Source: Eledone cirrhosa (lineage: Eukaryota). Taken from it: a stretch of DNA of 64,000 nt. The notes beneath the pieces are model-generated. The model was given only the letters and a program-made list of their open reading frames with translations. It was not told where the DNA came from and searched no databases. The stretch covers positions 1 through 64,000 of the forward strand of contig CAXHJY010000426.1 in NCBI GenBank assembly GCA_964016885.1, written 5' to 3'. A program made the translations under genes and the position numbers. This document shows, piece after piece, positions 13,433 through 27,000 of this stretch (the stretch's first letter is position 1; every line of letters begins with the position of its first letter).

Positions 13433-14453
13433 CTAACTAATAATAATGTGCAACAGATCTAATTGTTAATGTACAACAGATGTACTTGCTAATGTACAAC
13501 TTATTTTTTACACCACATTTAATTTAATGTAATGATGTTAAAAAGTGAGTATTATACTTCTAAATACTTATAATTCATATAGTCATATAGTTACATGTGT
13601 GTGTGAGAGACAAGAGGTATACTGTCAGGGTTATAGTAGAATGGCAGCCCTTCATCCCAACAGATTACAAAATATGCTTTAGAATATATCTTCTAAAATA
13701 TTGAAAATTGAATTCAAGTCAATTAGAAATTCTCATTGAAACAGTATTTATAGCTGCTGTATTCCTCTTTGGGTTTTTGGAATTCTTCCATCTTTACACT
13801 TCTTATCAGCTGTGATAAAGTAATGAGTCTCAATTTACATATGCCAATGTTTTAGTACAATTAGATAAAATGTTTATATTCTAAATAAATTCAAACCTTG
13901 TCTCATTCTTTAATACAATGTTTAATAGTCTTCCATCTTGTTTTCTTTTTTCTTTTTGTTTGTTTTATAAAAGGTGTGATGGTGTATTTTATTGGTATAA
14001 TTGATTTTACAGCTAGTTACCTTTCCTGCAGCAAACCATTTGACAGAGCATGAAAGAGGAAATGGTGGTAGATAATTGTCTTGTTCAGTCAGGTTGACTA
14101 GAGACATTTAAATAAGGTACTCAACTGAGATTAACAAACACAATGATGATTGCAGTAAGATTTGAACCTAAGGTTAGTCATCCAGTTCGTTAATGTCACA
14201 TCATCATTCCACTATAGTAGCAGATAGCCACAATCTCCCTCCACCCATGACCGAGTGATTAACTCTGACCATTGGTGGAACTTGAATCTCAAAATGGAAT
14301 TTGAAATCAGAACACAAAGCAGCAGAATAATTACATGACATCTCATCTGCTCCCTTAACATTTCTACCAGTCCACCACCACTGTGGACTTTTATCTACCA
14401 CTACTGTGGACTTATATCTACCAGTCCACCACCACAGTGTCTACCACCACATT

Positions 14454-17333
14454 GTGGAAGAGTTATTTTAGTCACAGTTGTACATGTCTGGCAGGTTACT
14501 TTATCTGAGACTGTGTTGAAATTATGGTAATTATATCATGGAAGAGTCATTTGAGCCACAGTTGTACATGTCTGGCAAGTGACTTGATCTGAGACTGTTA
14601 AAACTAAAACAATTACATCATGGAAGAGTCATTTGAGCCACAGTTGTACATGTCTGGCAAGTGACTTGATCTGAGACTGTTAAAACTAAAACAATTACAT
14701 CATGGAAGAGTCATTTTAGCTACAGTTGTACATGTCTGGCAAGTGACTTGATCTGAGACTGTTAAAACTAAAACAATTACATCATGGAAGAGTCATTTTA
14801 GCTACAGTTGTACATGTCTGGCAAGTGACTTGATCTGAGACTGTTAAAACTAAAACAATTACATCATGGAAGAGTCATTTTAGCTACAGTTGTACATGTC
14901 TGGCAAGTGACTTGATCTGAGACTTAAAACTAAAACAATTACATCATGGAAGAGTCATTTTAGCTACAGTTGCACATGTCTGGCAAGTGACTTGATCTGA
15001 GACTTAAAACTAAAACAATTACATCATGGAAGAGTCATTTTAGCCACAGTTGCACATGTCTGGCAAGTGACTTGATCTGAGACTGTTAAAACTAAAACAA
15101 TTACATCATGGAAGAGTCATTTTAGCTACAGTTGTACATGTCTGGCAAGTGACTTGATCTGAGACTGTTAAAACTAAAACAATTACATCATGGAAGAGTC
15201 ATTTTAGCTACAGTTGTACATGTCTGGCAAGTGACTTGATCTGAGACTTAAAACTAAAACAATTACATCATGGAAGAGTCATTTTAGCCACAGTTGCACA
15301 TGTCTGGCAAGTGACTTGATCTGAGACTGTTAAAACTAAAACAATTACATCATGGAAGAGTCATTTTAGTCACAGTTGTACATGTCTGGCAAGTGACTTG
15401 ATCTGAGACTGTTAAAACTAAAACAATTACATCATGGAAGAGTCATTTTAGCTACAGTTGTACATGTCTGGCAAGTGACTTGATCTGAGACTGTTAAAAC
15501 TAAAACAATTACATCATGGAAGAGTCATTTTAGCTACAGTTGTACATGTCTGGCAAGTGACTTGATCTGAGACTGTTAAAACTAAAACAATTACATCATG
15601 GAAGAGTCATTTTAGCTACAGTTGTACATGTCTGGCAAGTGACTTGATCTGAGACTTAAAACTAAAACAATTACATCATGGAAGAGTCATTTTAGCTACA
15701 GTTGTACATGTCTGGCAAGTGACTTGATCTGAGACTGTTAAAACTAAAACAATTACATCATGGAAGAGTCATTTTAGCTACAGTTGTACATGTCTGGCAA
15801 GTGACTTGATCTGAGACTGTTAAAACTAAAACAATTACATCATGGAAGAGTCATTTTAGCCACAGTTGCACATGTCTGGCAAGTGACTTGATCTGAGACT
15901 GTTAAAACTAAAACAATTACATCATGGAAGAGTCATTTTAGTCACAGTTGTACATGTCTGGCAAGTGACTTGATCTGAGACTGTTAAAACTAAAACAATT
16001 ACATCATGGAAGAGTCATTTTAGCTACAGTTGTACATGTCTGGCAAGTGACTTGATCTGAGACTGTTAAAACTAAAACAATTACATCATGGAAGAGTCAT
16101 TTTAGCTACAGTTGTACATGTCTGGCAAGTGACTTGATCTGAGACTGTTAAAACTAAAACAATTACATCATGGAAGAGTCATTTTAGCTACAGTTGTACA
16201 TGTCTGGCAAGTGACTTGGTCTGAGACTGTGTTGAAACTAAAACAATTACATCATGGAAGAGTCATTTTAGCTACAGTTGTACATGTCTGGCAAGTGACT
16301 TGATCTGAGACTGTTAAAACTAAAACAATTACATCATGGAAGAGTCATTTTAGCTACAGTTGTACATGTCTGGCAAGTGACTTGATCTGAGACTTAAAAC
16401 TAAAACAATTACATCATGGAAGAGTCATTTTAGCTACAGTTGTACATGTCTGGCAAGTGACTTGATCTGAGACTTAAAACTAAAACAATTACATCATGGA
16501 AGAGTCATTTTAGCCACAGTTGCACATGTCTGGCAAGTGACTTGATCTGAGACTGTTAAAACTAAAACAATTACATCATGGAAGAGTCATTTTAGCTACA
16601 GTTGTACATGTCTGGCAAGTGACTTGATCTGAGACTGTTAAAACTAAAACAATTACATCATGGAAGAGTCATTTTAGCTACAGTTGTACATGTCTGGCAA
16701 GTGACTTGATCTGAGACTGTTAAAACTAAAACAATTACATCATGGAAGAGTCATTTTAGTCACAGTTGTACATGTCTGGCAAGTGACTTGATCTGAGACT
16801 GTTAAAACTAAAACAATTACATCATGGAAGAGTCATTTTAGCTACAGTTGTACATGTCTGGCAAGTGACTTGATCTGAGACTGTTAAAACTAAAACAATT
16901 ACATCATGGAAGAGTCATTTTAGTCACAGTTGTACATGTCTGGCAAGTGACTTGATCTGAGACTGTTAAAACTAAAACAATTACATCATGGAAGAGTCAT
17001 TTTAGCTACAGTTGTACATGTCTGGCAAGTGACTTGATCTGAGACTGTTAAAACTAAAACAATTACATCATGGAAGAGTCATTTTAGCTACAGTTGTACA
17101 TGTCTGGCAAGTGACTTGATCTGAGACTGTTAAAACTAAAACAATTACATCATGGAAGAGTCATTTTAGTCACAGTTGTACATGTCTGGCAAGTGACTTG
17201 ATCTGAGACTGTTAAAACTAAAACAATTACATCATGGAAGAGTCATTTTAGTCACAGTTGTACATGTCTGGCAAGTGACTTTATCTGTGACTGTGTTGAA
17301 ACTAAAACAATTACAGTGTGGAAGAGTCATTTT
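14454..17333. repeat. 82-bp tandem satellite, ~35 copies
   Basis: Unit CATGGAAGAGTCATTTTAGCTACAGTTGTACATGTCTGGCAAGTGACTTGATCTGAGACTGTTAAAACTAAAACAATTACAT; 79-bp and 84-bp variants; diverged edge units. Confidence 0.97.
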
Positions 17334-18302
17334 AGATATTAAAAAATACATATAAACTGTTGACATGTTTTTTTATGACAACATTTTTCTACTGTGGAAT
17401 TATATCAGGGATACAGCTTGACAAAAATATTGACACCAAAATGAAAATTATAAATATGAAGCAAAGTTAAGTTTCTGTGATGTTGGATGGTAAAATGAAT
17501 TTTCCCTGATGTAATTAACCTAGCTTGTTTTATATATTTTGTACATACATCTACAATATTATTTACTTCCTATCAATATCTTTTATAAATACACATTGAA
17601 ATGTAACTCTAGAGATTACAAGTTAGCAAGGATTCAAATCTCCCTCTAATTACATTTTATTGCCTTATAAAAAACAAAACAAGGCTGCATTGAATAAGGT
17701 AGACTTCTATACAATAAATATGGGGCTGGAGATTAGTACAAATGCAATGTTTTTGATGAACAAAATCTACTGGATTAGGCCTGACATTGAGGTTCAAATC
17801 AACTAAGTTTGATGACTGCTTTGAAGCTCTCACGTACATATTTCTATATTCTTTCTAAGATACTAGCAACAGAGCAAATGCCTCTCCCTCATCATAAGTT
17901 TGGCCCTTTTGATATCAACCCATCCAAAACTTACCAGTATGCCTTCTACTTCTAACCCCTCATGTACAAAAACACACTACTGGTACATCTTTTATCCCTA
18001 CCTGATTTTTTGGGTACCAAAGATATTACTGGTATGCTTTAGTTCGGTTTTTGAGACTACTGAGTGACAAATTAAGAAAATTTGATCAAAATATCTTTTT
18101 TTGTGATTTGTTTTTGAAAAAACATGCCTAATTCCATCATAGGGATGTAAAAGACACCCAAAACATGACTGATACTATAGAATGATCCAATATTATTTTA
18201 GTGATGCTCTTTCAGAATAGAGATGTTATTTCAAAGGGAATGTAACTGGATAGTATTGAATAAGAGGCAGCTTTAAACAGAACAGACCCAAGAGGTAAAG
18301 AA

Positions 18303-18705
18303 ATTGAGGAATATAAATTCATAGAATAATGGGAAGAACTCAAAACGCAAAGAAGCTGTTAAAACAGCAAAATACTGCCAATGGTAGTGTTGGATAACAT
18401 TTACCTCAAAGGATAGAAATCAGCAGCTAGAAGTGTGTTGGCTCAGAGAAGTGATAGGAAGAAAGGAAAAAGGGAAGAGAATGGACAAGAGAAGATCACA
18501 TAAGCATTTAAATACTCTCGTCAGCTTTTAGACCGCCTGTGGTTTCGACGATTTATCATTTCTACACGCCAACACACTTCTAGCCGCTGATTTCTGTCCT
18601 TTGAGGTAAATCTTAGCAAACACTGTCATTGACGGTATTTTGCTGTTTTAACAGCTTCCTTGCGCTGAGTTCTTCCCATCATTCTATAAATTCAAATACG
18701 CTCAA
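18303..18705. repeat. Imperfect inverted repeat, arms ~18303-18457 and ~18553-18705
   Basis: For example TTACCTCAAAGGATAGAAATCAGCAGCTAGAAGTGTGTTGGC versus GCCAACACACTTCTAGCCGCTGATTTCTGTCCTTTGAGGTAA. Confidence 0.88.
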
Positions 18706-19190
18706 GCTTCAAACTCGATATTCGAGATACCTTTGAAGAATATAAAGTTTATACTGTTTCATTTAACCAGGAACAATACTTTCAACAAAATGAAGGAAGG
18801 GGGTATTTTCAGAGAGATGAAACAAATACCTACTAACAGCCATTACAATTCATTGACAAACTAAACATACCCCCTTATTAAATATTGCTAGAATTAGTTG
18901 ATCCAGAATTAAACATATCCCCTTATTAAATACTGATAGAATTAGTTGATCCAGGATTTATTTCATATTCATAATAAGAATTTCAAGTTTTAATATTGTA
19001 GATATATATATATATATACATATATACAAACATGTTTATGTATTTGTTTTACAAAATTCCTGACGTGAAATAGTGTGTTGAAACAGACATTGTTATATTT
19101 GTGGATTGTCATTTTACAATCAAAACACATGCACCATCCCTAAATATAACTATATATATGATGATGATATATATATATATATGTGTGTGC

Positions 19191-19518
19191 GTTACGTAAT
19201 TCCGAAGAAAAAGCAAAGGAAATAAGAGTGCTCTATGTATAGAACAGAGCTATTTAATTAGAAAGTGAACAACACACTATATAACTACTCCATTACCAAA
19301 GGTTTCAGGACTCTAGACAATATTAACATACATCTAGATTGGTCATCAGACAGAGATGTTATGAATAAAAAATATGAAATGAGATTTAAAATCTGTTAAA
19401 AATTGGAAGTGGGGCTGGAAAAAGAACGGAAAATATAAATAAGAAAAAATAGATAAAAGATATATAAAAATTAATATGTAAGAAAAATAATATATAAAAA
19501 ATAATATATATACACATA

Positions 19519-19559
<41 letters not shown>

Positions 19560-19990
19560 GTATGTATATGTTTGTGTATATATATGCGTATAAATATATA
19601 TATATATTTTTTTTTTCCCCCTTATATCTGAATGTGTGTATATGTATATACACATAGGCTTTTATAATTTTCTATATATTTTTTATATATTATTTTTCTT
19701 ACATATTAATTTTTATATAATCTTTTATCTATTTTTTCTTATTTATATTTTCCGTTCTTTTTCCAGCCTCACTTCCAATTTTTAACAGATTTTAAATCTC
19801 ATTTCATATTTTTTATTCATAACATCTCTGTCTGATGACCGATCTAGATGTATGTTAATATTGTCTAGAGTCCTGAAACCTTTGGTAATAGAGTAGTTAT
19901 ATAGTGTGTTGTTCACTTGCTAATTAAATAGCTCTGTTCTATACATAGAGCACTCTTATTTCCTTTGCTTTGTCTTCGGAATTACGTAAC
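19191..19990. repeat. Inverted pseudo-LTR pair 5' of a Penelope-like element (arms ~19191-19510 and ~19674-19990)
   Basis: Near-identical ~320 bp inverted arms around a TA-rich spacer; each arm carries a hammerhead motif; directly upstream of the PLE ORF. Confidence 0.9.
19819..19900 (+). ncRNA. Type I hammerhead ribozyme motif in the PLE pseudo-LTR (mirror copy 19281-19362, minus strand)
   Basis: CTCTGT-CTGATGA-(TCTAGA/TCTAGA stem)-GAAA-CCTTTGG-TA-ATAGAG; base of stem II is mismatched. Confidence 0.7.
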
Positions 19991-20109
19991 ACATAAACAG
20001 CTCCCAACGGGAATAATCAACGCAAATTCTGCATATCTGTGAGATTGGCATCTTCCAGCCTGACAAGTTGAGCACTCTACATTTATAAGGAAATTTACCA
20101 ACACTAACT

Positions 20110-22025
20110 ATGGATTTATATGAAATGGATTACTCTGTTAAAAATATCCCAACATCCTCTAATGCTTCTTATACCAAAATGTTGATTGAAAAAGTTAAGA
20201 ATGTCGTTCAATGAATGAGATGGAAGGCAATGTTTTTGATGGACAATTTGGTTTAAATTCCAAGGAGTGCATTGACATAAAGCCATGCAAATACCCACCA
20301 AGAGTTAAGGATATGGCCCCTTTTGAATCTGACTTAGTTAATATGATTAACCAACTAAAATTTTGTAAGTACAATAATAATTTTCAAACTAAACTTGCTA
20401 ATGATATCTCTAATATTAAGTCTTCTAAGAATAAGTTCGTTTTTTCCGATTAGACTAAAAACTTGTATGAAGTAAATAACAATTTATATAACCAACTTTT
20501 AACAGATAGTATTACTACCAAATATCAAAAAGCCAAAAATAACACCTATAATATAAATATTGAAGCTAAAGACATTGCAAGTAAATTAAAAATTGATAAT
20601 AGAACTGAAAGCCTGGCTAAACGTAAAGCCTATATTACACTGAAAGACCACAAAATAGAGTTCACTAACAGACCTAATTGTAGACTCATTAAGCTTGCTA
20701 AATCAGAAATTGGTCTTGCCAGTAAAAATATTTTAAGAAATATAATCTTAAAAATAAGAAGTAAAACAGAACTTTATTAATGGCTTAATACTGCTTCAGT
20801 AGTTTCATGGTTTAATATTATACCTGATAAATATATATCTAGATTCACTCAATTCGATATAATAGACTTCTATCCATCTATAACTCACTCCTTATTAGCT
20901 AAAGCATTAGAATTCGCAAAAATTTTACTAATATATCCAATTTAGAAGAGGAAGTAATTTTGTATACCCGGAAAACTCTACTTTTTGCCAAAAATGAAAC
21001 TTGGGTAAAAAAAATCAAACCCAGAAAATCCTTTTGATGTCTCTATGGGTTCTTTTGGCAGTGCCGATGTGTGTGATTTGGTTGGCTTGTTCCTTCTACA
21101 CACAATAAAGGAGAAATTCCCAAATCAGACTATCGGGTTATATCAAGATGACGGACCAAGTCTCTCATACTACCAATGGCCATGACCTCAACACTTTTCG
21201 TAAAGATTTAATTAAAACTTTTTCTGATCTAAACCTTAAAATTACTATAGATACTAATCTTACCAACATAAATTTCCTTGATATAAATCTTGACTTACTG
21301 CTTCCTTTAAACCTTACCATAAACTTAATGAGAATCTAAAATATATAAATAAACAATCATGCCACCCTCCCATAGTATTTAAAAACCTCATCCCTAATAT
21401 TGGCCGTACGATATCTACCCTCTCTTCTGAAGAAATATTTAATAAAGCAGCCCCTTACTATAATAAGGCCCTTAAAAATAGCAGATTCACTGAACAAATT
21501 AAATATATTTCTAACCCCTCTAATCCTTCTACACATAATAATAGGAAAAGAAATAATCTTGTTCACACCACCCTTCTCTTTAGCACTCAAAACTAATGTA
21601 GGTAGAAAATTCCTTGAATTAGTAGATAAACATTTCCCCCATCATCATAAATATAACAAAATTTTTAACAGAAACTGTGACAAGATTAGCTATTCTTGCA
21701 ATCCTTCCATAAAATTGAAAATCACCACCGTAAAAACTGACAGAGGAATCTCAGGATGTTCATGCAGAAATGCAGGTGAATGTCCTTTGCAAGGCAAATG
21801 CAATATCAAATCCGTTGTATATGAGGCAATTATAAGACCTACCAACACCAACCAACCTTCTATCAGAGAACGTTATGTAGCCATGACCCAGGATATTTAA
21901 AAAAAAAGATACTATGCACACGTCGCTTCATTTCAACACCAGCATAAAAAGAAAACTACGGAGCTGGCAAAAAGAGTGTGGGAGATGAAAGAGCATGGGA
22001 TCCCATATGAAATTGATTGGTCTAT
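20110..22025 (+). mobile_element. Naiad-type Penelope-like retroelement, near-complete decayed ORF
   Basis: YSVKNIP..MRWKA N-terminus, ITLKDHK, QFDIIDFYPSI, MGSFGSADVCDLVG, GLYQDD, NFLDI, CSCRNAGECPLQGKC and start of GIY-YIG; many stops and frameshifts. Confidence 0.92.
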
Positions 22026-22175
22026 GTCTCACTACCATGCAGCATTGTGCATCTCACACAGGCATCATATAACCGGCCTTTCGTACGCAGGGAGAAACCC
22101 TTCTTCGTCAGCAGAGGAAGCACCTCCTAAACTTCTTCCAACTAGTCATTACTCTAGATACTATGGCCTCGGAAC
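22025..22175 (-). mobile_element. RTE family A fragment
   Basis: Minus-strand SEAIVSRV..WKKFR and MLHGSET. Confidence 0.8.
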
Positions 22176-22194
22176 GCACAGTGATTACATAATA

Positions 22195-24052
22195 ATTGTA
22201 GAAATGAAGCTTTCGTGCACTGGTGAACAGCAGAGTATAAATGAACTGGAAGAGAAACTGGGTATAAGAGGGGTCAGATGTTGTGTGTAGGAGGAGACTG
22301 CATAGATATGGACATGTGATGCGAATGATGGATGACAGCTGTATAAAAAGGTGCAGGGTGCACAAAGTTGTTGGAAACAATGGAAGAGGAAAACCCAGGA
22401 AGACCTGGGATGAGGTGATAAAAGCTGACTTTGCACAATTGCCCCTCTCAAAGGTGATGACACAGGATTGAGATATTTGGTGTTATGCAGTAATACAGAA
22501 GACCTACCTTCCCATGTGCACAGGTTGAAGCATACATCTAATATGCACCACCTCAACCACTATCTCCACCTCCCCTTCCACACCATATCACCCCACCCTT
22601 CACCCACACTTTTATATTACCCCCACCCCAGCCATGATAAAAAGCTCACGACCCACACTATAAAGTAGTCTACACACTGTAACGTGGCCATGTAGGTGTC
22701 ACAACAAAAAGTACTCAGTACACACTGTAAAGTGGTCATGTAGGTGTCACAACAAAAAGTACCCAGTACACATTGTAAAGTGGTCATGTAGGTGTCACAA
22801 CAAAAAGTACCCAGTACACATTGTAAAGTGATCATGTAGGTGTCACAACAAAAAGTACCCAGGACACATTGTAAAGTGGTCATGTAGGTGTCATAACAAA
22901 AAGTACCCAGTACACACTGTAAAGTGGTCATGTAGGTGTCACAACAAAAAGTACCCAGTACACACTGTAAAGTGGTCATGTAGGTGTCACAACAAAAAGT
23001 ACCCAGGACACATTGTAAAGTGGTCATGTAGGTGTCATGACAAAAAGCACCCAATACACACTGTAAAGTGGTCATGTAGGTGTCATAACAAAAAGTATCA
23101 GGTACACACTGTAAAGTGGTCATGTAGGTGTCACAACAAAAAGTACCCAGTACACACTGTAAAGTGGTCATGTAGGTGTCACAACAAAAAGTACCCAGTA
23201 CACACTGTAAAGTGGTCATGTAGGTGTCATGACAAAAAGCACCCAATACACACTGTAAAGTGGTCATATAGGTGTCATGACAAAAAGCACCCAATACACA
23301 CTGTAAAGTGGTCATGTAGGTGTCATAACAAAAAGTATCCAGTACACACTGTAAAGTGGTCATGTAGGTGTCACAACAAAATGTACCCAGTACACACTGT
23401 AAAGTGGTCATGTAGGTGTCACAACAAAAAGTACCCAGTACACATTGTAAAGTGGTCATGTAGGTGTCTTGACAAAAAGCACCCAATACACACTGTAAAG
23501 TGGTCATGTAGGTGTCATGACAAAAAGTACCCAGTACACACTGTAAAGTGGTCATGTAGGTGTCACAACAAAAAGTACCCAGTACACACTGTAAAGTGGT
23601 CATGTAGGTGTCACAACAAAAAGTACCCAGTACACACTGTAAAGTGGTCATGTAGGTGTCACAACAAAAAGTACTCAGTACACACTGTAAAGTGGTCATG
23701 TAGGTGTCACGACAAAAAGTACCCAATACACACTGTAAAGTGGTCATGTAGGTGTCATAACAAAAAGTATCCAGTACACACTGTAAAGTGGTCATGTAGG
23801 TGTCACACCAAAAGTACCCAATACACACCGTAAAGTGGTCATGTAGGTGTCACACCAAAAGTACCCAATACACACCGTAAAGTGGTCATGTAGGTGTCAT
23901 AACAAAATGTACCCAGTACACACTGTAAAGAGGTCATGTAGGTGTCACAACAAAAAGTATTGTATGAGCAAGACAGTATCCCCTGATCTGACATGCCTCA
24001 AATGGGACAACCTGTCTAACCCATGTTAGTTTGGTTAAACAATGATGATGAT
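22195..24052 (+). mobile_element. 5'-truncated RTE family B copy whose 3' UTR contains the expanded 48-bp array
   Basis: RRLHRYGHVMRM..GKPRKTW coding end, C-rich UTR, array, then AACCCATG..GTTAAAC(AT)GATGATG tail. Confidence 0.88.
22670..23960. repeat. 48-bp tandem array, ~27 copies
   Basis: Unit CACACTGTAAAGTGGTCATGTAGGTGTCACAACAAAAAGTACCCAGTA; gives the 16-aa periodicity in the ORF track. Confidence 0.97.
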
Positions 24053-24054
24053 GC

Positions 24055-27000
24055 AGGTAACTTTAATAGGTATATTTCGCAATAATGTGATAGCTTCTGC
24101 AGAGTACATTGAGATTTGGGGTTTGGTACGAGAAATGCGGACGGTTTCAAGATCCTGGAATTCTGCATTGCCACTGATCTATCTATCTGTAACCCAGATT
24201 TCAAAGAACCTAACAATCTCTTGAACACCTGTAGATTAAGTGAACATGCCAGTCAAATAGATTTTACCCTTATCAAAAGACGAGATAGAGTGGTGGTTGT
24301 AAACATAAAGTCCCCCTCTGGTGAAGAATGTACCTCCCAACGTAACCTAGAAGTTAGCAATGTCATAGTTAGAGCTAGATGAACTCAGAGACAGAGAGCA
24401 ACTTGGAGGAGAAGAATTTGGAAGTTAAAGAAGCCCTCAGCCAGTAATAGATTTAGAGGTATTTTACTTGATGCTTTTGACAGTAAGTAAGAACAAATAG
24501 GGGCATACAATATAGAGGAACAGTGGGAGTTCCGGAAAGATATTGATGATGGCCACAGTTAAGATCTGTGGCTGGAACATATCTCTAGGGAGAAGAGAGA
24601 CTTGGTGGTGGAATAGTAGGCTGGATGAAACAATTAAGACCATGAGACATGCATAGAAAGAATGGCAGAATGGGGAAAAATAGGAGAGAAACTAGTGACA
24701 AGTATACTTTGAAAGGGAAGCAGAAAATAAAAAAAATTGAAGATGTTTTGTGATGTGAGTACCAAAGATGTGAAGTGTTCAGTATTGTGAGATAGTGTGC
24801 CAGGGAAAATTGTGATGTTGTGGGGGAGAAATGTGTCCCAGATGACAATGGTGCACTTGCACTCACTGATGCTGAACAGAAGGTGGCATGGAAGTGTCAC
24901 AATGAGAGACTGATGAATGAGGAGAATAGATAGGATAGTCTGCTCCAAATAGACCCAACAGAGGGACCAACATAGTAAGTAAAGCAATTAAGGATAGGAA
25001 GACAAAAAAATCTGAACCATCAATGATAGTTGTTGAGATGCTGTAAACCAAGTAATAGAAAATGGTGTCATACCCAATGAGGGGCGTAGCAGCATCATTG
25101 CCAACTGATATAACAACAAAAGTGAAAACAATACAGGCATCAAGTTGATAGACCAGGTCATAAATATAACAGAAAGAGTTATAGTACAGCTGAAGCCCTC
25201 TTCTGCAAGAAGCAACTGCAGAATTACTTAGCTAAAAGTAAGCTGCGCTACTTGGCATTTGTTGACCTAGAGAAAGCTTTTGACAGGGTACCTTGATCCA
25301 TAATCTGGTGGGCTCTTAGAAAACTAGGAGTAGATGAGTGGCTTGTGAAGGCTGTGTAAGCCATGTATAGAGGAGCAGTCAGCAACTTTAGAATTAACAA
25401 TGACTATAATGAAGAATTTAGTGTGCAGGTAGGAGTCCATCAGGGCTCTGTTCTTAGCCTTGTGAGGTGGTCGCGCTGCTAACATAAGAAGCAGCACCCA
25501 GTCAATCCTTCAAGGTGGCAGTGCTGGTGATACGCCAAAATGCGCCCAATCTAACCTGTAAAGTGGTTGAATTGGTGACAACGAAAAAACACTCAATCCA
25601 CCCTGTTAGATGGTCATTCTGGTGCCACGATAAAATGCAACCAATCCACACTGTAATGTGGTTAGTGTTAGGAAGAGCATCCAGCTGTAGAAACCAAGAC
25701 AAAATATAAATCCATATGAGTAACATATGGTCACCTGACCTGACTTGTTTCATAATGTAGTAACCTATCTAACCCATGGAAAAATAGATGTTAAGCAGTG
25801 ATGATGGCAACTAAATATAAAGTGTTCATTGGTACTCGGAATCTCGTGTGGTACACAATTAATCTCACATGCACCATTAACCTTCTGCCTTTTCGTAAAT
25901 ATAAATACTTCCTGGCTCTTGTTTGCTGTTGCTTATGATTCAATATGGATAAGTTTTTTAAAAACTATTTTGATCTAGGGGAGGCAACTCTTGTGTAAAA
26001 AATATTTTTCCCCTTTTTTATCCAATATAATTGTTTTCATGATACAGAATGTTAGTTCAAGAAGAATTTTCATTCAGTATTCAGTTGATTTTCTTAGTTT
26101 TCTAAGAGTCCATCAGGGCTCTGTTCTTAGCCCCCTCCTAATTATTATCTTCCTGTAGGCTAGAATGGAAGAGTTTAAAACTGGCTGCCCATGGGAACCC
26201 CTAAATGCAGATGATCTAACCCTCATAATCGAATCTACAGCAGAATAAGAGAGGACAATCCTGACTTGAAAGCATAGATTAGAAGCAAAAGATCTTAAAG
26301 TGAACTTGAAAAAGACTAAAGTCCTAGTAAGTAGAAAGGGAGCAGGGCCCAGATGCTGCCAGAGAAATAGCCTTGTTCAGTGTTCAGGGAAGAAGCAGGT
26401 AGAAATTCCACCCTATGTCCCAAATGCAAACTATGAGTATACAAGAGATATAGTGGGATCACAAAAGGTTTTTTTCTTCAAAATGAAAGGCAGATTGTAT
26501 GATGTGTGTGTATATGAACAGCAATGCTGCATGGTAGTGAGACATGGGCAATATTTGCAGAGAAGCTAAGAAGATTGGAAAGAAATGAAGCTTGCATGCT
26601 TCGATCATCATCATCATCATCGTTTAACGTCTATCTTCCACGCTAGACTGGGTTTAGATGGATGTGTAATAGTAGTGTGCATGAATACAACGCATCATTG
26701 AACTGAGAGAGAAACTAGGCATAACAGGAGTCAGATGCAGTTTGTAGGAGAGGAGATTGTGGTGGTATAGACCTGTGGAAGACCAGGAAAGCTTGAGAAG
26801 AAGTGATAAAAGCTGACATTGTCCAATTAAACCTCACAAAGGAGATGGCACAGGATCGAGAGCTCTAGTGTCATGCTGTACTACAGAAGACCCACCTTCC
26901 CATGTACACAAAATGAAATGAAACAAACATATAGAGGATACAATAGTCTGTACCAATCTTCTCTTCACCCCTCCTCATTCACTCTCCCCACACCAGCTAA

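Noticed and set aside
14454-17333. Possible CRISPR-like array (also considered for 27978-28990 and 31137-35897)
   Set aside because: Units are contiguous near-identical monomers with no unique spacers and no cas genes, in a eukaryotic context.
22617-23828. 403-aa Cys-rich repeat protein ORF
   Set aside because: It is the antisense reading of the 48-bp array inside a LINE 3' UTR; the unit length is divisible by three and happens to lack stops in that frame.
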